Shown here: positions 40,216-52,960 of the stretch, piece by piece
Layout of the letters: each line of letters begins with the position of its first letter
Position numbering within the stretch: the stretch's first letter is position 1
Assembly: GCA_951406725.2 (NCBI GenBank)
Contig: OX597815.1
Coordinates: forward strand, 143,778,001 to 143,842,000
Direction: 5' to 3'
Length of the DNA stretch: 64,000 nucleotides
From: Octopus vulgaris
Taxonomy: Eukaryota
Notes under the pieces: model-generated
What the model saw: the letters and a program-made list of their open reading frames with translations, nothing else
What the model was told of the DNA's origin: nothing
The model's database searches: none
Position numbers and translations under genes: made by a program

Positions 40216-41167
40216 GACAAAACAAAAGCAAAAAAAAAAACAAAGAGAAATATTACAAAGATGAACACAACCTAGTTAACATATTCTATGGTGTGTTACA
40301 CAATTACTCATGTTCTCGTTTGTTGGATTCACATAAGTGAGTGTTTTATGTTGTTTACTATTAATAGTTCTATGTCACTTCCGATAATAAATGATAACGA
40401 GCTACACGAAAGCCTGAAGGAGGCCGAGATGCTCCAAGCCGGTGGCTTCGCTTGTTAATAATTCGTTGTTAATTTGCTGTGAATCAGTGATTATAACACT
40501 AATACAATAATAACTACAGCCTGACTAAATATGTTTTAAATATAAATATGAAAGGGAACAGCCAGTCTGTCAAACAGACTAACAACCATACAGACAGATA
40601 AGATAAATAAACAGACGTACTGATATAGTACCATAGAACAAGACGGACATTCAGACAGACAACAAGATAGACATCTAGGCAAACTGGCAGAGCGCCATAC
40701 AACCACCACACAACCATACTACCAGTCAGACAACCAGACAGACAAACAGACATAGCGGCAGACAGCCATACTACAACACAGCCATACACCCAAACAGACA
40801 GACAGACAGACAGACTGGCCACAGAAGCTCTACAACCAGTCACAGCCGGTTTATTGCAGACACTGATTCGATGAGAAGCAATTAATGCGATGAAAATATC
40901 GAATCTTGCCAGACGTGGTGCAAAGAGATAATAGAGGAGTGGTGGGTAGGTGTGATGTATATGAAGATGAGGGGGGAAGGGGTAAAGTGTGGGAGGGAGG
41001 CAGGGGTCAGGTGGTTGTGGTGTAGGGGGTGGTGAGCAATATGTATAACAACAAATGAGACAAAAATACAAACATAAATGTTTGCCATGTGTTAAATAAG
41101 GCCGCGTATCGCACAAATAAGCTTTATTTAGCAGACGTTCAGCTCTGCCACTTCCCTATGTCTATCT

Positions 41168-41708
41168 GCTACCACTACCACCACCATCACCATCAATACC
41201 ACCACCACCACCACCAACAGCAACAACAACAACGACGACTACAACAACACCAACAACAACCACTAGCGCCACTACATCCCCCGCCACCACTTCTATCACC
41301 ACCACCACCACTACCATCACCAGCGTCACCGCTTCCATCACCACCACCACTACCACCACTACCATCACCAGCGTCACCGCTTCCATCACCACCACCACCA
41401 CCACTACCATCACCAGCGTCACCGATTCCATCACCACCACCACTACCACTACCATCACCGCTTCCACCACCACCACTACCATTGCCACCACTACAAGTAC
41501 CAGTACCGACACTACCACTACCACTGTGACAGCCTCACTACCACTACTACCATTACTTTTACCATCCAGTACTACCACAACTACAACCATCACTACCACA
41601 TCTGTACAGCCACTATCATCTACTACTACTACTACCACCACCAAAATCATCAATACCACTATCACTACCACCTCTACACTACCCCAATGAGGGGGAGTAC
41701 TACAACCT

Positions 41709-41794
<86 letters not shown>

Positions 41795-43155
41795 CACTCT
41801 TACCGCAATCATCAACACTGCAGTCAGTATGAATAACAACAACATCAGTAATGACAGACAGAAAAATATGTCTCCTCTCCCACTCTTTGCCACTACCGAC
41901 ATCAACAACAACAGCAACAACATACAGTCAGAAAGAATGAGAGTGGGGACAGACAGTCAGACAGTCAGACAGTCAGACAGACAGACAGACAGAGAGAATA
42001 GCTTCTCCCCACACCTCGGCCCCACAACAGCAATGTGGTTTAATCGGTCGACAGAGACTTGAAACTAACCTTCATCAACACAGTAAAACTCAACCACCCG
42101 AGCAAAGCCGTCAACACCACCACAACCACCACCGCCACCGCTCCCACCACCACCACCGCCACCGCTCCCACCACCACCACCACAACTACCATCCCCACTA
42201 CCGCCACCATAATCGCCCACAACCGCCGCCACCACAACCACCACTGCCACCACCACCCCAACCACCATCACTACAACTACTGCCGCCATCACTTTTACCA
42301 CAACCACAACTACCACCACAACCACCGCCACCATAATCGCCCAAAACCGCCGCCACCACAACCACCACTGCCACCACCACCACTCCACCGCCACTCCAAC
42401 CACCACCACCACAACTACTGCCGCCATCACTTTTACCACAACCACCACTACAACCACCACCACTCCACCGCCACCCCAACCACCACCGCCACCACAACTA
42501 CCATCCCCACTAACGCCACCATAATCGCCCACAACCGCTGCCACCACAACCACCACTACCACCACCGCCACCACCACAACTACCATCCCCACTACCGCCA
42601 CCATAATCGCCCACAACCACCACTACCACCACCACCACTGCACCACCACCCCAACCACCACTACAACTACTGCCACAGCTACCACCACAACCAACGCAAC
42701 CACCACCACCACCAACACCACAAACACCACCGACACAGCCACCATCAATGGAAAACCATTACTACCACCACAGCTACAACAATCAGACCACACCATTAAC
42801 ATCTTCACCGCCGTTAGACTACAGCCGCCTCCGCCACTATCAGTACCGACCACCTCGTCTCCGCGCCGCCGCTGTCACCACTTATCCGCCACCATCACTA
42901 TCATCATCACCATCATCACTGCATTTATACCTCAGCCACTGTCAGCACCTCCATCATCACTACCATCTGCCCCTTCCCCTACGTAAACCTACCACTCTTC
43001 TGCCTCTGACATTATACCACCAACACCCCCTATGCACCCCAGTATCAACACCACCACCACCACCACCACTATCTCTTCCATATTACAGCGTCAGTCACTA
43101 CTACCGCCGCCCAAACCACCACCACCACTACCACTAACACCTCCACCATCACCAT
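41168..43155. repeat. (CCA/CTA/CAA)n low-complexity field with higher-order units
   Basis: Recurrent CCATCACCAGCGTCACCG (3x) and CCGCCACCATAATCGCCCA-like (4x) units. Confidence 0.9.
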
Positions 43156-43641
43156 GCTGTGTACATATTCAATTGACGTATTCATCCGCCACGGACGATT
43201 GAACTTTCCACGGTGAGATCAACACACAACACAAGACAACACTGACTTATTACACATATTTAAAACACACAAGCACACACACACACACATACACACTCAA
43301 TACAAACACACATCTATGCACATACATACTGCAAATGCTTATAGCCTTATATAACACATGTATGTATGTATGTATGTATGTATGTATGTATGTATGTATG
43401 CGTGTGTTTGTGTATGTACATGTATGTATATCTATCTATATATGTGTATCATACATATATATATATATACACACGGGTAGGCACACACTCACACACATAT
43501 GTATATACATACATAAATATACGCACATAGTACACGTGCTGTTAATATACCCTTACATAACTTTAATTCGTGTATGTGTTAATGTGTGTGTGTGTGTGTG
43601 TGCGAGCATGTTTAGGCATATCTGTATATACATATACAGCT

Positions 43642-43672
<31 letters not shown>

Positions 43673-43938
43673 CATAATCAATCACACACACGCATACATA
43701 CATACACATACATACATACATAAATACACACACACATATACGTACGTACATACATACATAAATACATACATACATACATACATACATATATGGAGATGAA
43801 CACCATTCCTCGTTGTGATCAGCTTGAAAAATTAAGATATTATTCTTAACATGAAACCAAAGGTAAACTTAATACACAAACAAAATATTTTATCTACTAA
43901 TGTGGCATTAGCACTCATTGTCGTCGTCCGACATTTGC

Positions 43939-43980
<42 letters not shown>

Positions 43981-43997
43981 CGTATATATATATAAAA

Positions 43998-44172
43998 CGT
44001 TAATCCAAACAAGAAAACACAAAAAAACACAACAACGCGAGGACGTAGAACAAATATAGTATTATTGGACGCTCAGGAAAGAAGGAAAGAAAGAGGATTT
44101 AACGTTTCGAGCGGAGCTCTTCGTCGGAAACATAGGAGAATGAAAGATCCAGAGAAGGGAAGACAGAGGAGA
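43998..44172 (-). mobile_element. Penelope-like pseudo-LTR fragment
   Basis: Reverse complement homologous to 1830-2000; ends in (TA)n. Confidence 0.75.
44097..44131 (-). ncRNA. minimal hammerhead ribozyme motif
   Basis: Reverse complement reads GTTT-CCGACGA-A-GAGC-TCC-GCTC-GAAA-CG-TT-AAAT; GUU cleavage triplet, palindromic AACGTT, U4C core variant. Confidence 0.7.
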
Positions 44173-44204
44173 AAAAAAAAGGAAAAAAAAAAAGAAAAAA
44201 TATA

Positions 44205-44750
44205 CAGGGGTTGGACAAACTAATGGAAACACCTAGCATCATAGCATCATAAGTTTGAAATATCTATAAAACCGTCAAAAGCTTGTTTATTTATATGTTT
44301 TTTTATTTATCATTAGTGTTGCTGAATATGTTTTGCTAAAATGCTGTTTCTTTTCAGATATCATCAGAAAAAGGTAATTAAAATTCATTAAAATGACAGA
44401 TCTATCGGACTTTCAAAGAGGTTAAATTGTTGGTGTTCGTGTGGCAGGCGATAGCGTAACGGAAACACCCGAAATGTTTGGTGTCTCGAAAGTAATGAAA
44501 ACCTTTGAGAAAGAGGGAAAAATCTCCTCGTCGAAACAAAACTCCGGAAGAAAACCAAGGCTTTCAGATAGGAACTGTCGGACTCTTACGCAAATTGTTA
44601 GTAAGGATCACTAAAGTACAGTTCCCAAAATTACTGCAGAGCTTAATGACCACTTCGAGAACCCAGTTTCCAAAACACTCTTCGCCGGGAGTCGCTTAAA
44701 GCCGGATTTCACGGGAGGGCTGCAATCAGAAAATCACTACTTTCAAAAAC

Positions 44751-44752
<2 letters not shown>
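44205..44752 (+). mobile_element. 5' half of a Tc1 element, same family as 23091-24214
   Basis: TA-CAGGGGTTGGACAAACTAATGGAAACACCT left TIR; aligns to 23091-23635; truncated at (GATA)n 44753-44843. Confidence 0.92.
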
Positions 44753-44843
<91 letters not shown>

Positions 44844-44923
44844 GTAGTTCTTCTTTCAGTTACCGTCTACAAAAACTACTCACAAGGCTTTGTGAATCCA
44901 TATGCATATATTCATAAATCCCT

Positions 44924-44924
<1 letters not shown>

Positions 44925-44954
<30 letters not shown>

Positions 44955-45486
44955 CAATAATAATCATTGTCGACGTCGTCATCGTGAACTCCATCTCGTC
45001 TAATTTGCTCGGCATTTTGAATCCGCGCACGCCATCCACCATGGTCTTGCATTAGTTGAAGGAAGTCTTCGAGGATGCACCCAGTATCTCAAGCGAGTTG
45101 ATCTATATACGTCGCATTCGGACTACCTGCTCGAGTAGAGTACGGCCATGCTTTGGCATCCATAACAGTAAGTCACTTGACAGCTCCTGTTTAGCCCGCC
45201 AGTAATGTCCTGCAAAACGCAATAGCCTTTCCCTTGTAATGGTATAAACAGGCAAGGTATCTCCATACCGCGGTTTCTTGGTGGGATAAAAGTTCTCCAA
45301 GGTATGTTGAAGACTGCTCTTAACCCCCATATAAAGGAACTGATTCTAATGCTGCGCGGAAGAAATTCTTCTTTAGCTTGTCAGATAGGGTTGAATTTTC
45401 TTTGGGCCAACCATGCCTTTGCTATCCAAGATCTTAGATCTTTTTCGTTTGAGGCTAACTCGGAACCGAAGTACATGAAATCATCA
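44925..45486 (-). mobile_element. RTE-clade LINE 3' end
   Basis: DDFMYFGS..AKAWLA and RERLLRFAGHYWRAKQELSSDLLLWMPKHG, followed by an (ATG)n tail on the minus strand. Confidence 0.75.
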
Positions 45487-45730
45487 TCTTTCTATATATA
45501 AAACTGAGTATGTGTGTCTGTCTGTCTGTTTCCCTAAAACTTGAGAACTGCACAACCAATTTCATTCAAATTTTACACATGCCTTACTTAGGGTCCATGT
45601 AGTTTGATGGGCAAAACAAATGCTCAACTTCTTGCCTAGGGCGAGCCCATAGCAATATCATATCTTCTCCACTATTTCAGTATTACGTATTAAAAGTGAA
45701 ACAAAAACATTTCTCTATTTTATGTGAGAT
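45487..45730 (+). mobile_element. Helitron 5' end (3' end not found)
   Basis: A^TCTTTCTATATATAAAAC..(GTCT)n..CAACCAATTTCATTCAAATTTTACAC parallels the 5' end of the Helitron at 3310. Confidence 0.65.
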
Positions 45731-46389
45731 ACTTTCACTTTAACAATAAAAATTAGAGATAATAATAACAATTGAATTATATGTAGTAAGTAATAATTAA
45801 AATCAAACTAAAGTATAATATAATAATTAAATCGTAACATAACAATTAAAAGTAAAAATAGCAATTGGTATAAAATTGCATCAATGACATGAACTTGAAT
45901 AAGTGGTTTCACATAAATGTGAATAAATAAAAAATAAAATTTAAGTGCAGAAATGGTATAGTCCAGATGGAGCTGTGCACATACCCTTTACCACAGCTTT
46001 TACATTAGATTATCTGCTAATTAGCTAGCATTAAGTATCTACATGAAGTTTGGCTGTATGTAATGTCTGTTTTCTCGAACATAGGCTTCTACTAAGTACT
46101 GGTGTTGGTTAATTTCTGATCCATAAAGGACTATAGCTTCAACTGAGTACTGCTTTTTGATTCACTGTAAGGTTTGTTGTTATTATTATTTCTGTTTAAC
46201 TATTGTTATCACGTTTGTTGGTTCCTCGTAAAGGAAGCGTTGTTGTGTTGCATTTGTTAAATAATTGTAAACCGTAACCCTCCCCCTTTATGAGAAGGAG
46301 CTTTGGTTATTGTTTAAAAATTGAATTGTGTCTCTCTTTAGGGAAATTGACAATATTTTCACCGTTTATACGGAAGCATTTTTGTTAAA

Positions 46390-46800
46390 ATGTCTTCGAT
46401 AGAAAAAAGTCCAAAAATGAATTTCGCTGCAGCCGTCGGTGGGCGCGAACTCATTAAAATTAAAATGGAAGAAATACAAACTTATTTCGGATTGATCACC
46501 GACAAAGACGATGAATCTAGGTAACACCACCAAACGAAATAAAAAATAAAATTAAAGAAAAGACTATTGTCTATAAAGTATACAATGTAGAGAAAAAAAA
46601 GATTTGAACACCTGGAGGAAAGCACCATTGAAAAGTGTCTTGGTGCGACTATGAAAGATATCAAGTATCTAACCAGAGGCAGGAAATTCGCCAAAATAGA
46701 AGCAAGGTTCAAGTCAACGGAGCGTACAAGGGAGCACTCGACTCGAACATTGCAAAGTGGAAATATTTAATTTTTACCTTTATATCTGGGCGACATTGAG
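46390..46800 (+). pseudogene. possible L1/Tx1 ORF1 N-terminal remnant
   Basis: MSSIEKSPKMNFAAAVG..TIVYKVYNVEKK..YLTRGRKFAKIEARF; the FAAAV start resembles LINE ORF1 proteins; stops and a frameshift. Confidence 0.4.
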
Positions 46801-46862
46801 GCCACTGTCCACGGCTACCAGCCCACAGTCGACGCTATGGCATTGATATCACTATTACTGAA

Positions 46863-46967
46863 GGCTTGGCTTGGCTTGGCTTGCCTTGGCTTGCCTTGGC
46901 TTGCCTTGGCTTGCCTTGGCTTGCCTTGCCTTGGCTTGCCTTGGCTTGCCTTGCCTTGGCTTGGCTT
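46863..46967. repeat. (CTTGG/CTTGC)n pentanucleotide repeat
   Basis: Directly visible. Confidence 0.97.
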
Positions 46968-48620
46968 ACACATATGCAACTGCGTTATAGGCAAGGAAAA
47001 CATAAAATAGGAAAACATCAAAAACGAAATTGTTTTGTGAACAACGAAGGCAAAAGATGTAAAACCAAGACAGGCAACATGAAAACGTGTGAATGTATGT
47101 ATATATGTTGGTGTTTGTATGTATGTATGTTTATATATATATACAAGTGCATGTATGTATGTGCATGTCTGTATGAATATGTATGTATGTTTGTGTATGC
47201 ATATCTGTATGTATATGTATGTTTGTGTGTATCTGTATATATGTATGTGAATGCATGTATGTATGTGTATATGTATGTATATGCAAGTCTATGTATGCAT
47301 GTGCATGTATGTATGCGCATGTATTTATGTGTATGTATGTGTATGTATGTGTATGTATGTGCGTGTCTGTATGTGTGTGTATGTATGTGTGTATATGTAT
47401 GTGTGTGTATGTATGTGTGTGCATGTATGAATATGTATGTATGTATGAATATGTATGTTTGTGTAAGTATCTATGTGTATGCATGTATGAACAAACTCAC
47501 GTACATATTTGCAGCCACGTTTTAAGCAAAGAAAACATGAAATACGAAAACATCGAACTCGAACTTGTTTTACGAACAACGAAATCAACAGATGTAAAAA
47601 CAAGACAGTCAACATAAAAACATGTGTGTGTGTGTATTGGTGTAAGTATGTGCATGTATGTATGTGCATGTATGTATGTATGTATGTATGTATATATATG
47701 TATGTGTATATGTATGTATGTGTATGTATGTGTATATGTATGTGTATATGCATGTATGTGTATATGTTTATATGTATGTATGTGTATGCATGTGTATGTG
47801 TGCATGTGCATGTATGTATGGGTATGTATGTATGTGTATTTATGTATGTATGTGTATGTATGTGTATGTTTGTGTCTCTATGTGTGTGTATGTATTTGTG
47901 TATCTGTATGTGTATATATGTATGTGTATGTATGTATATGTTTGTATGTATATGTATGTGTATGTGCGTATGTGTATGTACGTATGTGTATGTGCATGTG
48001 TATATGTATGTATGTGTATGTATGTGTATGTACGTGTGTGTATGTATGTATGTATGTGTGTGTGTGTGCATGTTTGTAGGTAGGTGTATGTATGTATATG
48101 TATGTATGTGTATGTTTGTGTGTATTTGTGTTTATGTATGTGTATGTATGTGTATGTATGTGCGTGTATGTATGTGTGTGTATGCATGTATATGTATGTA
48201 TGTATGTGTGTGTATATATGTATGTATGTGTGTGTATATATGTATGTGTGTGTATATATATGTATGTATGTGTATGTTTGTATGTAGGTGTATGTTTGTA
48301 TGTAGGTGTATGTGTGTATTTGTGTGTATGTATGTGTGTGTATGTATGTATGTGTATGTATGTATGTATGTGTATGTATGTAAGTGTATGTATGTAAGTG
48401 TATGTAAGTGTATGTATGTAAGTGTATGTAAGTGTATGTAAGTGTATGCATGTATGAATATGTATGTTTGTGTATGTATATATGTGTATGCATGTGTGTA
48501 CAAACTCACGTACACATATGCAGCATTGTTTTAGGCAACGAAAACATGAAATACGAAAACATCGAACACGAACTTGTTTTGCGAACAACGAAAGAAACAA
48601 GACAGGCAGCATATGAACAG
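46968..48620. repeat. compound tandem array: three ~120-bp units separated by (TATG/TG)n tracts
   Basis: GAAAACATRAAATASGAAAACATC..TTGTTTT..GAACAACGAA..AAGACAG at about 46995, 47531 and 48540. Confidence 0.9.
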
Positions 48621-48719
48621 CTTTCCAGTAGTTATCGGCTGTTTTATCCACTCCGCATTTCGACAAAATGCGTCTTCGTCTCAAACTGTTGCTCCCGTTT
48701 CGGTTAAAATAAATTAGAG

Positions 48720-48906
48720 ATTTTTGTTTTATTTCTTTCAGTCATGCTGGAGCAACGCCTTTAGTCGAGCAAATCGACCCCATGACTTATTCTATGTAAG
48801 CCTAGTACTTATTCTATCCGTCTCTTTTGTCGAACCGCTAAGTTACGGCGTGTTAAACATGATATTGAGCGGATAAACACTGACACACAAACACACAAAC
48901 ACACAA

Positions 48907-48951
<45 letters not shown>

Positions 48952-49097
48952 CATACGACCGGCTTCTTTCAGTATCCGTCTACCAAATCCACTTACAAGG
49001 CTTTGGTCGGCCCGAAGCTATAGTAGAAGACACTTGCCCAAGGTGCCTCGCAGTGGGACTGAACCCGGAACCATGTGGTCCGTAATGAAGCTACTTA
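48720..49097 (-). mobile_element. SINE family B
   Basis: Family match including GGGACTGAACCCGGAACCATGTGG. Confidence 0.9.
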
Positions 49098-49258
49098 TAT
49101 TTATATATAGAGATATAAATATAAAGTGTTAATAGAAAGAGGTATATAAAAACCAGAATAGAAAATACATGTCTTAGGCATAAAATATGAGAAAAGATGA
49201 GATATTAAGGCGTTATATTCTTGAAACCTAGAATTGAACTTGTATGTATGAATGTATC

Positions 49259-49299
<41 letters not shown>

Positions 49300-49303
<4 letters not shown>

Positions 49304-49787
49304 CGAGAATTTTAATAGAGATAAAGCTTCAGTATATAGTATAGTACAACTGTTGTTTCGCCCGTATATTAGCTAAAGATTAATAAATTTGATATCCGAG
49401 AAAAATGTCAGATATTTGTCTTAAAGTATTCAGAAAAGCAAATTCAGAATTCAGATGTAAGACATGAGGTATTATTCCATTCGAATATCCGCATATTTAT
49501 ATTAAGAGTCTGGTGATAAGCATATAGAAATATAAACCTGAAATATATAAAATATATAAAGGCAAATTCAAAGAGGCAATTGAGAGTATTATTCCATACC
49601 TGCAGCTGTGTCAGAAAAGTTTTTAATGAGTTTCTCCAGGTAAAATCTAGTAAGGCAGCATAACTTCCTCGTTGATTTAGTAATTAAAACGATTGACTGG
49701 AGAACGTTTACTTTATCATGCAAATAATAACTTATGAGAATATTCCATTATGTACTCATATACTACTATAGCCAAGGAATACTTATA
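49300..49787 (-). mobile_element. probable decayed Penelope 3' end / pseudo-LTR
   Basis: Minus strand LLNQR remnant, then CTGACACAGC..GCGAAAC hammerhead-like ends with a long insert; terminates at (TA)n. Confidence 0.4.
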
Positions 49788-49789
49788 TA

Positions 49790-52584
49790 CACTGGCGAAA
49801 ATAATTTAAGAGTGATGATAAAAGTTCTATTTCTTTATTAATATAAACGTTTCAAATTTACCGGCAAAATTAGTTTAAGACCGTATCATTATAATTTTAT
49901 TTAAAGCTTAAGATTGTAGTAAAAATTAGCAACAAGAACGAAATACATATTAGTACTTTGTGTTTTAACCTTCATTCTTAATAACTAGTGAACAACGCCT
50001 TCGAATTGAATTCGCTGATTACAAAATTCTATGGGAATATTTTGCCATATTTTATTGATATAATCGAATAATTGTTTTAGATTAGATGGTTTTTTAGCAT
50101 AATTCCACAAGTTCTCGATCGGATTTAGGTTCGGGCTCTGGGGAGGCCATTCGATTACGTCAATATTATGGTGATCAAACAATTCCATAACCTTTTTGGA
50201 TTTGCACACAGGACTATTGTCCTGCTGATAAATAGACCCCGGAGGCATTTGGTGAGTCAAATATGGCACATTATCCTTTATTAGATTCATAAAACCTACA
50301 CTATTTAGCTTTCCATCAGCTTTAACTATATGGCCAACACCAAAGCTACTAAATGCCGTCCACACCATCAGCCCCATTCCCCGCTAGCGTCGTCTTTTTC
50401 ACGCATTTCGGATGGAATTCCTCGGTTGGGTGACGTCTGACATATGTTTTACCATCTGATCCAAATATTCAGAAGCGTGACTCGTCACTCCAAAGGACCC
50501 TGCACCAATCTTCGGCTGTCCATTGAGTATGGCTTTTTGCAAAATTAAGACGTTTGAGTCGACTTTTTCGATATTATTGGCTTTTTCCTAGCGATTCGTC
50601 CATGTAGTCCAAATTCTCTCAAACGGTTGCGGACGGTTTATGGTGTAAAAATAACACCATTCTCGTTGGACAATTGTTTACAAATGTCAACGTCTGTCAG
50701 CATTCAGCTGCCTTCCGAAAGTCGGTGGATTCGACGGTCCAACTGCGCCATCGTTTTTCTTGGGGTGCCAGTTCTTTGCCGATCTTTTTCTTGACCAGTC
50801 TCTGAAAATAACTTTCACGCTTGCACGCAAGCCGTTTTACTGCACTTTAGTAGTTTGCTGATGTTCGAAAAGGAAACTTTTTGCTGCTGGAATAACACGA
50901 TTTTTACTCTCTTGACTGGACTGAGGCTACGTTTCTAGCCCTATTTTCCTTCTGAGGTGGAAGGTGAATAAATTCACCAACCCAGGACCAGTGATAAAAA
51001 TGTCTGTTATTAAACCTTTTATTCGCGTCTTCCAAATCACCTTTCTTGCAATTGCTACTACGATGAGAAAGCAATTCTTACCTTCTTTCGATAGAAAATA
51101 CGGTGGGTCAATTTTTACTATTGACTCAGTCGATAACTGTACTCTTCCTGTACTAGACAATAGTTGTTCGGCATAAACCCACACATCTGAAACCACCGAA
51201 CACTGAACAATAGCATGCGGGACGGTTTCCCTGACTCGCCCACATCTTGGAAAGGTCAGTGGGTTAGGGCCACCATGATTGCGAGTTTGTCCCGGACAGG
51301 TAAAGCACCCTGGTAACATTGCCATGCCAAAGACGTCTGGAAGTTATCCAGTGTCTTCGGCCCGAATGTACGTTGGAACAGATTGTCCAGCTGATCATTG
51401 TCGAGACCTAGGGCTTCCCCAAGCTATCGTCACATTTCGCCTCTACCAACCCTCTATAGAAGAATGTGGTAGAACCACTACCGCAGATGTTGCCCGAGAG
51501 ATGGAATATCCGGAAAGCCTTACGACACTCCCTACACCATGTACCCAACTTCGATCTACGATACAACCAGATCTCCAGTCTACCGAAGCAAGTGAACTTG
51601 GGAAACAACTGTTTCGCCAGCGGAGACCACACCTGACCACCATCCAGATGGAGCCACAGATGCCTCAACCTCAGCGCGTGCCTGTGCATCATCAGCCAAG
51701 GCATCCCTAGCCCACCCTTTAACGGTTGTTGGCAGCAAATTGAGCGTCTCACAAGCGTATTGGAACCCTTCCACAAGAAGCGGAAGAACTGTCTTTCCAG
51801 CTTGCTCAACCACAAATCAGGGCAGGGAACGAGGGTTAGGCGGTAGGTGATGACCGATGCGATGAACACATTGGCCACCTCCGCCCTCCCTGGTTCAATT
51901 TTGGCAGTAATGGCTCAAGAGCCATTATATACAAAAGCGGGGAGAGATGACACCCTTGACGAACCGAGCGTTTGAAGCTGAGCGGCTTAGATAAAAAGCC
52001 GTTCACCCGAACTACCGAGTCGATGTTGTTATAAATTTCAATGATCCACCTGAGGAACTAATACCCAGGCCGAACTGTGCCAGAACAGACACCAGGTTAT
52101 GATGGTCTACCCTATCAAAAGCCTTTGATTGGTCTAAATCGACCACTGTCCCTCCCATGCAAGAATCATTATGAAATCCTTCTACAGTGTACTGTAGAAG
52201 ATGGAGATTATCCTGAATGGTTCTACCGGGAAACAGCACATGCCTGTGTCTTCCCGATCAAGCCATCCGCGACACGCGTTAATCTTTTCGAGAACACTTT
52301 GGCCAAAATCTTCAACTCTGTGTTTAGCAGAGTGATGGGTCGAAAATTATCAATGCAGTCAGAAAAGTAGGTATAAGTTTTTATCAAAGTTGTTTTATAT
52401 TCTATAATTTTCACAGACAATAAATACAATATTAATTGTTATTGTCTGAGATTTCGGTGTAATTTGAGAGGTTAATACAAAAGTTATGGATGATTTAGTG
52501 ATTTACTGCAAAACCTATGGCGGTCAAATTATATCTACTTTTCTGACGAAAACAATGCCGTTCTGAAGATTTTGGCCGCGACTG
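49790..52584 (-). mobile_element. Tc1 (DD34E) element interrupted by an L1/Tx1 fragment
   Basis: HTH LSPVKRVKIV..RTGTPRKT, WCRVLWSDESRF and YQQDN-(34)-E in WPPQSPNLNPIENLW; TA-CA ends only weakly inverted. Confidence 0.8.
50927..52360 (-). mobile_element. L1/Tx1-clade LINE ORF2 fragment (RT plus CCHC)
   Basis: NFRPITLLNTELKILAK, GRTIQDN, LDQSKAFDRVDH, GGLGMP and PRCGRVRETVPHAIVQC, with frameshifts and an internal deletion. Confidence 0.88.
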
Positions 52585-52623
52585 TACATACATGTGTGTG
52601 TTATGTGTGTAAGTAGACACATG

Positions 52624-52730
<107 letters not shown>

Positions 52731-52814
52731 GTATATATATATATACATACAGGGACGCACATGTGTTAGTGTTGCCATTACTCTGAATCTTAACAGAGAG
52801 TAATATCAGCACTA

Positions 52815-52960
52815 CAAAATACTTCACGGCATTTCGTCCGTCTTTAGGTTCTGGTTTCAACTTCCACCGTGTTCAACTTTACCGTTAATCCGTTCGGGTC
52901 GATCTAATTGACTTCATCTACCCTCAAAACTGCTGGTTCTGTGCTAAAATTTGAAACCAT
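52815..52960 (+). mobile_element. SINE family A, decayed
   Basis: GGCATTTCGTCCGTCTTTA..GGGTCGATCTAATTGAC..TGTGCTAAAATTTGAAAC. Confidence 0.7.

Noticed and set aside
41089-42799. PolyH/polyQ/polyP ORFs resembling formin or transcription-factor low-complexity regions
   Set aside because: Triplet-repeat DNA open in several frames, with no folded domain and no convincing splice sites; cannot be fully excluded without RNA data.
46968-48620. Repeat-spacer-repeat layout suggesting a CRISPR-like array
   Set aside because: Units are about 120 bp, spacers are microsatellites, there are no cas genes and the context is eukaryotic.
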